Shown: piece after piece, positions 44,408 through 56,830 of the stretch
Layout: every line of letters starts with the position of its first letter
How positions within the stretch are numbered: the first letter of the stretch is position 1
NCBI GenBank assembly: GCA_964016885.1
Contig: OZ024754.1
Location: 4,030,001-4,094,000 of the forward strand
Length of the DNA stretch: 64,000 nucleotides
From: Eledone cirrhosa
Lineage: Eukaryota
Reading direction: 5' to 3'
The notes under the pieces: generated by a model
Seen by the model: only the letters and a program-made list of their open reading frames with translations
What the model was told of the DNA's origin: nothing
The model's database searches: none
Program-made: the position numbers and the translations under genes

Positions 44408-44737
44408 TAAACCCATCTCTATATATATCGCCGTCTCTGGTGACCTCTCATTGCTTATTTATTTATCTATATATTCATTCCTGTGTAATTTTTTTTCTTA
44501 ATTGATTTCGTTTGTGACCATATCCTACAATAGGGAACCGGGAAGAAACAAAAAAAAAAAATAAACATATTATCTATCAAACACACAATGTGACGACTTT
44601 ACATATATGACGTACTTTGTACAACTTACACAATGCCCTCATTGTTTGTCTTCTTTGCAGCTATGAAAATAATTCTTTTGACACAAGAAATAATAATATT
44701 TTTTATACCTCTCTCTTCCCCCCCCCCTCTCGCTCTC

Positions 44738-44773
<36 letters not shown>

Positions 44774-44906
44774 TTGTTTTATGTATTTTTGTTGTTGCTG
44801 TTTTGTTTTGTTTTTTCAACATAAAGAACAACCTTTTTAAAATATGATATGTATACTCAATTATCAGAACAATAACAAATATATTAATATATTATTCTTA
44901 TTATTA

Positions 44907-44950
<44 letters not shown>

Positions 44951-45904
44951 CGCAAGGGCTCACAAAAAACAATACAGTAAGTGTTGCAATATATATACAA
45001 TCTCATATATCTCGTTTGACATGGTAACAAATTAATTAAAGATGTATAAAATTATGTAAATTTAACCTTTAGAAATTTAATAAATTCACAGAATATATAT
45101 AAATGCGTGCTCAATAATAAATTCCAAAACAGTGAGAAGCCTGTCCTTGAGAACCAGAATGTTCTGTTTCCTAGTGATCTTAACAAAACGAACGGAGATG
45201 CAGCAGTTGTTGCCTGTGACAATTCCGGAGCTAAGATGGAGGAATTAGTAGTCAGGTTGAATGAAGAAATACCATTTGTCCTGCCATAGATTATAATCCC
45301 CACAGTTCGAAACTCCTGGTAGAAGATCAGATACTGCAAAGCAACTTGTTCTACATTTTAGCAATCTTGCCAATGCATTGCCTTTAGTATGGTATTTTAC
45401 ATATCAATACCGAAAAGGTGAAGTCAAATGTGATCTCGAATGGGTTTAAACGAGGTTCGTCAAAATTCTGTAGAAATATCTACGTTGTAACGACTCAATC
45501 AATTCATTTCGTTTACAACAATGTTATTATTTAAGTACCAATCCACTCAATGTTATTCAATATAAAACTAACATTTTTATAGATATTAAATATAGAAACT
45601 ATTGATATCTTTATCACAAATTAATACCCCTAAACCTGCCATTTATTGGACTAAATGTTGGTGCAGAAAAAGTGGACTTCATTAGTATCTGGGGTGGTTA
45701 GATTAAGAATAAAGTTTTTGCTATTTAAAATGTTCATAATATGGTGGTGAGCAATATATTAACACTCTATATTAGTAGAGGGCTTTTTGGAAGCTCAACA
45801 GTCAGTCATGCATGGATACCTCCAGTCACAACGATACCAATGGAGGCCAGGTGAAAGCTAAAGGCCGATACAGATTGGCAGGGTTATTAGGTTTTGACGC
45901 TCAT

Positions 45905-46005
45905 GTGGACTAGTGAAACGTGACATGGTGTCTTCTCAAGAGCACATCGTGTCATACTTACTTGAAATCGAACGCGAGGCATTTCATTCGTAATCCTAGC
46001 ACATT
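45905..46005 (-). mobile_element. SINE family B, diverged 5' portion
   Basis: AAACGTGACATGGTGTCTTCTCAAGAGCACA...GAAATCGAAC. Confidence 0.55.
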
Positions 46006-46007
46006 CA

Positions 46008-46075
<68 letters not shown>

Positions 46076-46139
46076 GTGCATGTGAATGTTTTTGCGTGTA
46101 TGAGTATGTATGTGTGTATGAGTCTGGGTTTGTGTGCGC

Positions 46140-46265
<126 letters not shown>

Positions 46266-46585
46266 ATATCCATAAATACGTAGATATACACATACACACA
46301 TACATACTTACATTCATTCTTACATCAATCCATCCATACATACATATAAGACGTTGCGTTAGGTCCTAGACACGACAGATTCTCATTTAGATATATAGAT
46401 AGGTTGGGGTGCAAAGAGAATCATTTTCTTTAGGAAATGGTTAATCGTTTTGCTTTTAATGCGTCCGGCAAAAACTGTAATATAAAGTAATTTAATGGCA
46501 TTACAAACCGGAAGCGTCCATTTCCCCTTTTAACATGTAATACCTCACAATAGTTAAAATACTGCTAAAGTGTTTCGATATAAAC

Positions 46586-46623
<38 letters not shown>

Positions 46624-46887
46624 TACGATGAGGCTATTATTTCTCTGTTATTCTGGAGTATATATATATAAGGTTTCAATCCCCAGGGAATTGTGTGTTA
46701 CGCAACGTATTCATATGTTTTACTTTATAATCATTAGCAGACTTTAGAAGTAACCCCCATCAAGGCTAGCAGTTTGTTGATGTGTATTTACTCATGCCCG
46801 TATCACCATAAATACGCACGTATACGAATAAACGAACAAACAAACACGCACACACACACATATATATACATATGTATATATATATGC

Positions 46888-46928
<41 letters not shown>

Positions 46929-47001
46929 TAGATATAGATTTATAAATATGTACTTATATATGTATATAAATATATATATATATATATACAAATTTGTATA
47001 T

Positions 47002-47039
<38 letters not shown>

Positions 47040-47052
47040 TTATATATATATA

Positions 47053-47125
<73 letters not shown>

Positions 47126-47457
47126 ATATTAGCGAACTAAGTGAGGATTCGAGAAACAAGAACTGTGAACATTATTTCAGAGAGTTCATACATAACAGGA
47201 TTAGGAGTAAAAAGAAAATGGGAACGAATTTAAATCTAAAGGAAAGTTTTATAAAGTAGGGAAACATAGAGATAAATATATTTCAGTATTTGACAGGAAA
47301 ATGGCGGAGTTTAACGAAGTAGGTAACTATCAAATGAATATGATGAATGAAGATAGATGACCTTATATATGTTGTATGTAATAATGATGAAAATGAGGAT
47401 GAACGAAGGGGGGGGGGGTTGTAGGAGGAAGAGATAATAATAATAATAATAATAACA

Positions 47458-47661
47458 ATGGCTTCTTATATAGTCACAAGGCCAGTAAAATTTTGGAGGA
47501 GGGGAAAGTCGTTTAAATCGACCCCTGACTGGTACTTTATTTTCTCGACCCCATAAGATCGAAAGACAAAGTTAACCTCGGTGGGATTTGAACACAGATC
47601 ATAAAGGGCTGTATGCTGCAAAGCATGGCGTCCGACCCTCTACCGATACTGCCAATCCACC
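47458..47661 (-). mobile_element. SINE family A copy
   Basis: CTGGTACTTTATTTT...AAAGTTAACCTCG...CCCTCTACCGATACTGCCAATCCACC. Confidence 0.88.
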
Positions 47662-47687
47662 ATAATAATAATAATAATAATAATAAT

Positions 47688-47860
47688 GTTTCTTCTTTTT
47701 GGCACTAGGCCAGTAAATACCCAGTACATTACTGGTACTTTATTTTATCGATCCCGTAAGAATGAAAGGCTAAGTTAACCTCGGGGGAATTTGAACTCAG
47801 ATTGTAAAGGGACGTAACTATGCTGCAAAGCATGTCCGACCCTCTACCTATACTTCCAAT
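47688..47860 (-). mobile_element. SINE family A copy, in tandem with 47458 and separated by (AAT)n
   Basis: Same motifs as the 47458 copy. Confidence 0.88.
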
Positions 47861-48249
47861 AGTCCCGATAAAAACCCGGGTGTTTGTGCAAGTCTAAATT
47901 CAATTATCCTCTTAAAAATCCTTAAATGTCAAACCAACCTAAATAGGTCAAATAATGGTGTAATGAAGAATAAAACTTCATATATGAAGGGCTCACACCC
48001 GGCAAGTTTTCCCTGGTTCAGCTGCAGGGATCTGGCTGTCATCCACCCATTGGTTTTGTCCGAGTAAGAAGAAGGAACGAGTCAAGAACCAACTGGTACT
48101 GAAAAAAACAAAACAACTCTTATGAAATGTTATGTGAAAAGTGATCTCAGAAAGAAAGGCAACGAAGGCATAAAATCTGGAACGATATTCGTCTCTTTGA
48201 ATTAGGTGAACGCAAGCTAGAGGGTCAGATTCGTGTAATATGAATTAAT

Positions 48250-48394
48250 GTGAAGCCGCATGGCTTAGTGGTTAGAGCATTGGACTTTCAATCGAAAGGT
48301 TGTCAGTTCAATTCTCGGACCGAGTGATGTGTTGTTTCCTTGAGCAAGACACTTTATTTCACGTTGCTCCACTTTACTTAGCTGTAGAAATGAG
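48250..48394 (+). mobile_element. SINE family B, 5' portion (tRNA head plus CORE-like segment)
   Basis: A box TGGCTTAGTGG, B box GTTCAATTC, then TCCTTGAGCAAGACACTT resembling the CORE-SINE motif CCTTGGGCAAGTCACTT. Confidence 0.85.
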
Positions 48395-49009
48395 ATGATA
48401 GGACTGGGGTCCCTACAATTAAATTTCCCAAGACACCTCCAACGAGATATACCTTGGAGGAGGCCAGCTAAACCTGCAAAGGTGTGAGCTGTCACACACA
48501 CACACAATATGAATTAATGGAAGGATAAATGATTTGAAACTGGAGAAAATGTTTAGAGAGATTAAGCTGGAAATTGAAAGTGGAGTAGATCTGACAAAGG
48601 GACCTGTAGAAAGCGGAGCAAATCAAGCAAATAAGTCAGGAGGAAATGTTGGTAAAATGGTCGGGAGACTTGGGAAAGTAACTGAAGAGAATGATCTAAA
48701 TTTTGAAATAAATAACATCTGGAGTAACGATGCGGATATTGAGAAAATACTGTCGGACAGGGGCGAGATTTTGTTGATATTTTGAATTTAATGGTGCATG
48801 AAATGATTAAGGATAGTGAGAAACTTATGAATCTATGATTGTAGATTGAAAAATGTTAAAAGAAACGATAGCTAAGGTGTTCAGTAACATCCCATATCTT
48901 CAGACGAGTAATCTTCACCAATGCAACAATACCTTCAAAGCAGCCGCAAATATGGTGTAAAAATTACTTTCTATCAAAACGAGGGAAAAACAGACGAAAG
49001 ACATAACCT

Positions 49010-49250
49010 TGTTGATGATGATGATGGTAGTGGTGGTGGTGTTGGTGGTGGTGGTGTTGGTGGTGGTAGTGGTGTTGGTGGTGGTGGTGATACCGGTGGT
49101 GGTGGTAGTAGTGGTTCTGATGAAGATGAGGATAATCATGTTGGTGGTGATGATGATGATGGTGATGATGGTGGTGATGGTGATGATGGTGATGATGATG
49201 ATGGTGGTGATGAGGATGATGGTGGTGGTGATGGTGATGATGATGGCGGA
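49010..49250. repeat. (GGT)n/(GAT)n trinucleotide array
   Basis: Direct reading. Confidence 0.9.
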
Positions 49251-50049
49251 TATAATTTTAGAGAAATTATAGTTGATTAAGAATTGAATAGAAAGATAAC
49301 AACAATTTTAATAAGAAATAAACAATATCAACTACAACGTAAAGAAGAAGAAGAAGAAGAAGAAGAAGAAGAAGAAGAAGAAGAAGAAGAAGAAGAAGAA
49401 GAAGACTTAAGGGAAGGCGAAACAAGTATAAGAGAAAATAAAAAAATAACACGTTGAAATATATTTGTAACAAACAGAAGATCGTGAATGTGACACAAGA
49501 AGAAACCGCTTGGTTTTATTTTCAGTATGATAAAGTTGAAGCACAAATGATAATTCTATAAATATATAAAAAATATTGAATAATTTAAGGATACAGAAAT
49601 ATATGTCTGAAGTAAAGTTTCTAGAATCAGTCAATTGTTTTTGGCATTGCTATTGATTCGTTTTTTTTTTAAATTCACCATTAGAAGTTTAAGCTTAAAA
49701 TATTTGTATCTACTTTCGGCAATTTCAGGGAAGAAGAAAGTCGATTACCAGTGTGTTGCTGATATTTTACCTTATCGACCCCGATAACAAAAATAAATCA
49801 GGAATTAATGTGACAAAATATCATTTCAGACTATAAAAATTAGCACAAAATCAGAAAATTTCATTTTATATTCATCATTTATGAGCGAGCATGTTGCAAA
49901 GATTGCGATGAAAAATTTACCACCAAAAAAGACATAATGCTAAGTCATTCGAGAGAAAGAGAGTGAGAGTGAGAGAGAGGGGGGTAGAGAGAGAGAGTGA
50001 GAGAGAGAGAGTGAGAGAGAGAGAGTATGTGAAGGAAAGAAATATAAAG

Positions 50050-50210
50050 GAAGAATCGTCCTCAGTATTGTACTGATACTATATTTATCGATGTCAAAAC
50101 GACATGAAGCAAAAGGTGACATCAGGGAGATTCGAACTCAGGGCTCAGAGAGCCAGAAAGTAAACCGTAAACCGCTCCATGTTATACTCCAGCGACTGTG
50201 TCAATTTGCC
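50050..50210 (-). mobile_element. SINE family A, diverged copy
   Basis: TATTTATCGA...ATGAAGCAAAAGGTGACATCAGGGAGATTCGAACTCAG. Confidence 0.5.
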
Positions 50211-50245
50211 GTGCTAATATGCTAATTCGACACCGTCTTTGTGTG

Positions 50246-50292
<47 letters not shown>

Positions 50293-51195
50293 TTTCTTAT
50301 CTGTAGTATGTGTAGGTATCTCTATGTATGTAGGTATCTGTGTAGGTGGTTGTATGTGTATGTGTGTCTGTGTGTGTGTGTGTGTGTGTGTGTCAGCGTA
50401 TGTAGACACAGAATGTATTGGAGGAGATACATAGATATATTACAGATGGATTAGAAAGATAGGTGGTGTATCACCACGTTTCAAGTGAGTGTTGCGAAGA
50501 TGAAGAAGAATAACATGAACATGTAGTACATAAAACGAAGCAGGTTTTAAAAAATGATGGTAATATAGTTTATATAGTTATTGGGTGGGTGTTTATTAGT
50601 TTGCGAGGGAATTTATTAGATGCATTTGACAAGTGAAAAATGTAATGTAATCACATCAATCATAAAAAAAACCTACGACATTTAAAAGATGTGTAAGGAA
50701 GGAAGGAAGCTGCTGAAAAATAATATAAACATAAGAAAAAAAAAATATGACGAGATACATCCCAGGCGAATAACCACAGGGTATTTTCAACATTCATCAA
50801 TGACAGATGAATGGAACCGCATTATACGACACAGCACATGCAAAGCTATATCGATTGATAAAAAAAGCTCTGTTATCATGTGGTAGTCACGATAAAGTCG
50901 GCGGCGTGTTTTATAATGAGAGTACACTGTAATAAACGGCTCTTTCCTCTTCTCAACCATCAACCATCACCACCCTGCTCCCTCGCCATCACCACGGGAT
51001 CCTCTAGTAACTACAAAATGGTCACAGATGTGTGTATACAATTATGTATAATCTTGTACACTGTACGAGAAACGCAATAATTCGATTCGCATGAGTACCG
51101 AACAATGTATACGTATGTACGTATGTATGTAAATATGTATGTATGTATGTATGTATTTTATGTATGTGCAGATTTATATATTTATGTGTATATAC

Positions 51196-51310
<115 letters not shown>

Positions 51311-51961
51311 TGTATATGTGTGAGCGTATGTATGTGTTTCAGCATGTTCTTACGTGTGGTTAAATCACGACTGCGCACAAATGCATACACACAACACCAA
51401 TATACATATACCCCCCCCCCCCCTCACACACACAGACATACACACAGCCTCAGAGACACACACTATTTCCCACGCACACCACACACACACAGAAACATAT
51501 ATATATATACATTAAAAAACGTACGTAGGCATATACATATTTATATTTATATATATACATTAGAACACGTACGTACGTATGCATATACATATTTTTTTAC
51601 ATACTTACAGGTATATATACACACACATATATATATATACGTATATGTGTGACTATACACGAAGCCATTATGTCACAGGTTTGTTATTATATACTATTAA
51701 CATATATGTATCCCTGCATTAATATAAAAAGTGGGAGGGTGTGATATAATGATGCAGATATCAGCCATTAATATATGATAGAAACGTGTCATTAATGCGT
51801 CACAATTATATACTCGTATATCCCATTTACTCCAAGCTACCTGGTCTACAAGAAACACATGAACATAGGAAGATAAAAATGTTGATAAAAAAAAAGATAA
51901 AACCAATACTGTCGTTCATTGAATATCGCTCAAACTTCATATTATATCACATTATATATAC

Positions 51962-52028
<67 letters not shown>

Positions 52029-52125
52029 CATCTGTAGATATATGTACATACACACACGCACACATATGCACATATATATAAATATAAATGTATATACATA
52101 TATATATATACACATAAATAAATAA

Positions 52126-52168
<43 letters not shown>

Positions 52169-52662
52169 GATGTATAGAAATATATATATATATACAAATT
52201 TTTATATATATATATATACAAATATAGATATATATATATACAAATATAGATATATATACAAATATATATATATATACAAATATATATATATATACAAATA
52301 TAGATATATATATATATACAATTTGTAAACACTCTGTTTGATTTTCACACACACACACAAATATATATATATATATATATTTATATATATTTATATATAT
52401 ATATATATATATATATGAATAAAGTTAGTCCTTCATCAGTGATCTTCCAACCTTCATTGGTATTTCATTGCTTTAAAGACCATATACCTCCGGTTGGTGC
52501 GAGCAACGGCTAAAGAAAGTCGTTGGGTCACGTAAATAAGGGGAACGAGCGAGCCTGTAAACAAACAAAGATGGTAAAGCAACGAAAAGTGAGGAAGAAA
52601 GAGTCAAGTCCCAGATTTCCATGACTATGAGTTCGGTGAAATCGTGACGAGAGAGAATAAAA

Positions 52663-52711
<49 letters not shown>

Positions 52712-52713
<2 letters not shown>

Positions 52714-52912
52714 CGAAGGAAATGTGGTAAGGAACCAGGTGGACCATAACGCACCAAAGTACTCAATACTTGAGGTAGTAGAGTGGGTAATAGGAACCAG
52801 TAAGACCCCGACAGCTGAGCTCAAGCCGTTTCGACGGCTAATTCTGGACTGAGTCCAGAATTAGCCGTCGAAACGGCTTGAGCTCAGCTGTCGGGGTCTT
52901 ACTGGTTCCTAT
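52712..52912 (-). mobile_element. (TA)n-embedded palindromic family P1, copy 3 (perfect 61-bp arms)
   Basis: 52790-52850 is the exact reverse complement of 52852-52912, with a 1-nt spacer. Tail 52712-52789. Confidence 0.9.
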
Positions 52913-53026
52913 ATATATATATATAAAGGTAGAACACTGGAAGGTAATATCCGTAGTAGTAGTAGTAGAGCACTCAGTCCATGGGACGAGTTTGGTAGAA
53001 GTAGTAACACAACAGTTAGTTCACCA

Positions 53027-53071
53027 TACCGAGAACAACTGTTTCACCTTATGCGGATATTCAGCTCGGTA
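53027..53071 (-). ncRNA. Hammerhead ribozyme-like motif with core substitution (CTGAATA)
   Basis: Minus: TACCGAG-CTGAATA-TCC-GCATAA-GGT-GAAA-CAGTTG-TT-CTCGGTA. Perfect 7-bp stem I. Confidence 0.6.
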
Positions 53072-53075
53072 AAGG

Positions 53076-53109
<34 letters not shown>

Positions 53110-53479
53110 GTGTGTGTGTGTGAATATTCATATATCTTCAACAAGACAATTCATTTCATGTGCTGCAGTCTATTAAGTTGAGGAAAATGTGATCCAGTTC
53201 TTGCAAATTGCAAATAAAACTGGATAGGCAGTACCTTGGTCGAATCTAAGCATTTTTAATTATTGGCATGAATCGTTATGAAATGCCAGGTAACGTGCGT
53301 ATTTATTTCCCGGACAGTTTCTTCCTATTAATCGAACAACTACAGCACTCATCTTTAATATAATTCTCTAAAGTTGGAATATAGAGGACAGTACATTGTT
53401 TTTTTTAACTCGGGAGAAATATCAGATGAATCTCTTTCAAATCAGGAGTATAATCTTGAATAACATTAGGGTAATTCAT

Positions 53480-53692
53480 GTAAGATAATCCAACATACAC
53501 TTTAAATGTTGGCAATTTTAAGGAAAGGTGGTCCCTAGTCTGATCTGCTGAAAGTCGTTAATTAACAAGTTATTACAATTAGTACTAGGTAAGACAATCC
53601 AACATGCACTTTAAAAGTTGGTAATTTTAAGGAGAAGTAGTCTCTAGTTTGATCTGCAGAAAGTCATTAAGAAGTTATTACAATTTGTACTA
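53480..53692. repeat. About 107-bp diverged tandem dimer
   Basis: GTAAGAYAATCCAACATRCACTTTAAA...AAGTTATTACAATTWGTACTA occurs twice (53480, 53589). Confidence 0.85.
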
Positions 53693-54725
53693 CATGACAC
53701 TGTTTTATATTTTGTATTAATACAGATATATTTGGCCTATAGAAATGAATATAAATGGTATAAAAATACTTCGGGCTTCTAAGACGAACTTTCGAACTTT
53801 ACACACACCGGTTTTATAATTCCATGATTGTTAGAAACTTTTCATTATTCAGATTCAAAATTTAATTAGCGAATCAAAATATATAAAAAATATTTTAATA
53901 AATCCGCACACAAACATATACAAGTATATATATATATATATATATATTATTGTAAATATTTCGGGAGAAAACTTATGCATGTTTGAGGATGTATGAACGC
54001 GTGTTTTTATTGTAAGACGAGATGTATATGTTTATCTTCTTACCTGTGTTTTATAGGAGTAATATTTGTTATTATATTTCTGTCAAATTCTCTATTCGCA
54101 TGTTGTATTTTTTTCCCTTTGCTATACTTCGCCAAATTATCAAATATTTACTATACTCTATTCTTGAATAGATAAAAGAGATGGTTACATAAACATCAAC
54201 ATCTGAAGAAGACATTCAAACCTTTTGTTTCTATATTATTCCATACAACCAACAGCAAACATCATTAAAAGGGGTTTCTAGATTGGTATCTCTTTCGCTT
54301 TCTATATATCTCTATAATTTCACTTTTTGTTTTGTTATAGCAGAGGTGCAGATGTGACGATTATATATATTCTATATTGTCTCTATATATATTTTAGTTT
54401 GATTTGCTTTGTTTAGCTTAATTTTGTTATATTTTAATTAAGGTTTTTTGATGTTTTTATATTTATCTATTTACTTATTCATTTATTTGTTTTATTGACG
54501 ATATAAAGTAATATAAAGTAATGGTTGTAAACATTTACAATTTGACATCGCAACAACATTTTTATTGAAATCGAAGAAAACATAATACATACAGAATAAC
54601 AAATGAAATGAAACATCTTTTATTTTAATCGATAAAGATTGATAAATTAATATGAGGATTTTACTAGATTTAACTTTTTTGTTTTCTCTCTCTTTCTCTT
54701 TCTCTCTCACTCACTGTGTATATAC

Positions 54726-54786
<61 letters not shown>

Positions 54787-54810
54787 AATATATATATATA
54801 TACACGCACA

Positions 54811-54953
<143 letters not shown>

Positions 54954-55375
54954 TATATATACACAAATATATATATATATATGTACATATATATAAGTAT
55001 GTATATATTCATGCGTGTGTTTGTGTATGTGTATGTATTTGTCTTTCATTTTTGTTCCTTGTCGATTGACGTTGTTTTAATTTCAGAATATATATATTTA
55101 AAATATTTCAAATAGATATTTCTTTTCTTATTAAAATGAATAATGCATGTTTGTATAATTTGCCAAATATTTACACTTAGAGATGTTAATTCCTCTTATA
55201 ACAAAGACTTCGCGGCGGAATGAAAATATTTAAATATTTACATAAATAAGAGTCGAGTTAGTTCAATGTCGGCGTGTATTGTCCTGTCAAAAACTTTAGC
55301 GCACCAAGGTAAACATATACACACAAACACTAACACATAGAGAGAAACAGACATACACACATACAAGCAAGTACC

Positions 55376-55427
<52 letters not shown>

Positions 55428-55681
55428 CAGCGAGAATCGTATTTCGGCTGGTAGAAAAAGCGAAACGAAACGCAAAATCGTATAAATGGTGGGAAGCGCT
55501 CAATACTTAAAAAACCAGAGCTAAACAATACTATATATATATATATATATAGTAATAAAATATATATTGAAAACGAGTTTTTGAAAACAGGTTCTGTAGA
55601 TATATGTGTATGAATATACTTTCACATTGAAATATATATTTATATATATATATTATATATATATATATTTATATATATATA

Positions 55682-55712
<31 letters not shown>

Positions 55713-55743
55713 CATATATATACATATATATATATATATATAC

Positions 55744-55811
<68 letters not shown>

Positions 55812-55825
55812 ATATATATATATAT

Positions 55826-55874
<49 letters not shown>

Positions 55875-56159
55875 CATACATATCCCATTATATATATATA
55901 TATATGGATATAGATTGATAGACAGAGAGGCAGAGTGATAGGAAGATGTGAATAATAATACTGGAACGTCAGGAATCAGTAAAGAAAATATAATTTATAT
56001 GTATCGAGGTTTCTATGGCTGTGTACATACATACTCCCACCAGAATAACGATATATATAAATCCTCATATGTGTGTATCTCTGAGTATATGTATATGTAT
56101 GTGGGGTCGTGAGTTTTTGTATGTTTGTGTGTGTATTCTGTATCTGTTGCTGTTGTTTT

Positions 56160-56490
56160 TACAACTCACACTTCTGTAAATCAACCCCGATTAATACTAA
56201 ATTTTAAATAATGCGGAGAACAGAAGGGCAAACTTGGCTTCGGTGGCATTCGAACTCAGAACAAAAAACTCGTAAGAAGATACTGCATAGCATTTTGTCA
56301 GTCAGCTTCCCGATTCTACCAATCCAACAGACGCATACAAGCTATTAATAACTGTTTCTACTATAGGCACAAGACCAGCAATTTTTTTTTTTTTTTTTTG
56401 TGGGGTGGGTATTTGACTAAATCAACCCCAGTGTATTGCTGGTTCTATATTTTATTGTTCTTGTAAGGAAAAGCAAAGCTAACCTCACCT
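56160..56490 (-). mobile_element. Two adjacent diverged SINE family A copies
   Basis: GCATTCGAACTCAGAAC...GATTCTACCAATCC and TGTTTCTACTATAGGCACAAGACCAGCAATTT...GCAAAGCTAACCTC. Confidence 0.6.
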
Positions 56491-56694
56491 TTCATTCTTA
56501 CGAGCTCGATAATCCACTCGACTCAGCGTTAAGCAGTTCATTTTGGAATCATTACGCCCTGCGTTCTAGTCATATTTACCACAACCTCGGTTAGAATCAT
56601 GCCTAGTTATGGAAAATTGTCAGAAAGATATATTTTGGAAGAGAGTCGGACACAATACACCTGAAATTCAAAAGCCAATTTTGTTATTGATTGA

Positions 56695-56830
56695 GTCACG
56701 TGGAATCTAACTGAGATTTATGTTAAAGTTACACATATTTGTGGAATATTCAGCCACTTGCAGCTTGATACCATGAACAGGCATTCCGTTAATTGTACAT
56801 CCAGAAAACTCATCGTCGAAACCGACGGAT
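56695..56830 (+). mobile_element. SINE family B, 3' portion
   Basis: TCAGCCACTTGCA...TTCCGTT...CATCGTCGAAACCGACGGA. Confidence 0.6.

Noticed and set aside
46399-46420. Mariner TIR-like TAGGTTGGGGTGCAAA
   Set aside because: No partner TIR or transposase remnant identified.
48250-48325. tRNA gene
   Set aside because: A and B boxes are present but there is no full cloverleaf and it continues into a SINE body, so it is a SINE head.
48534-48785. 83-aa ORF
   Set aside because: Non-ATG start and no recognisable domain. Possibly the antisense of a decayed LINE, which I cannot verify here.
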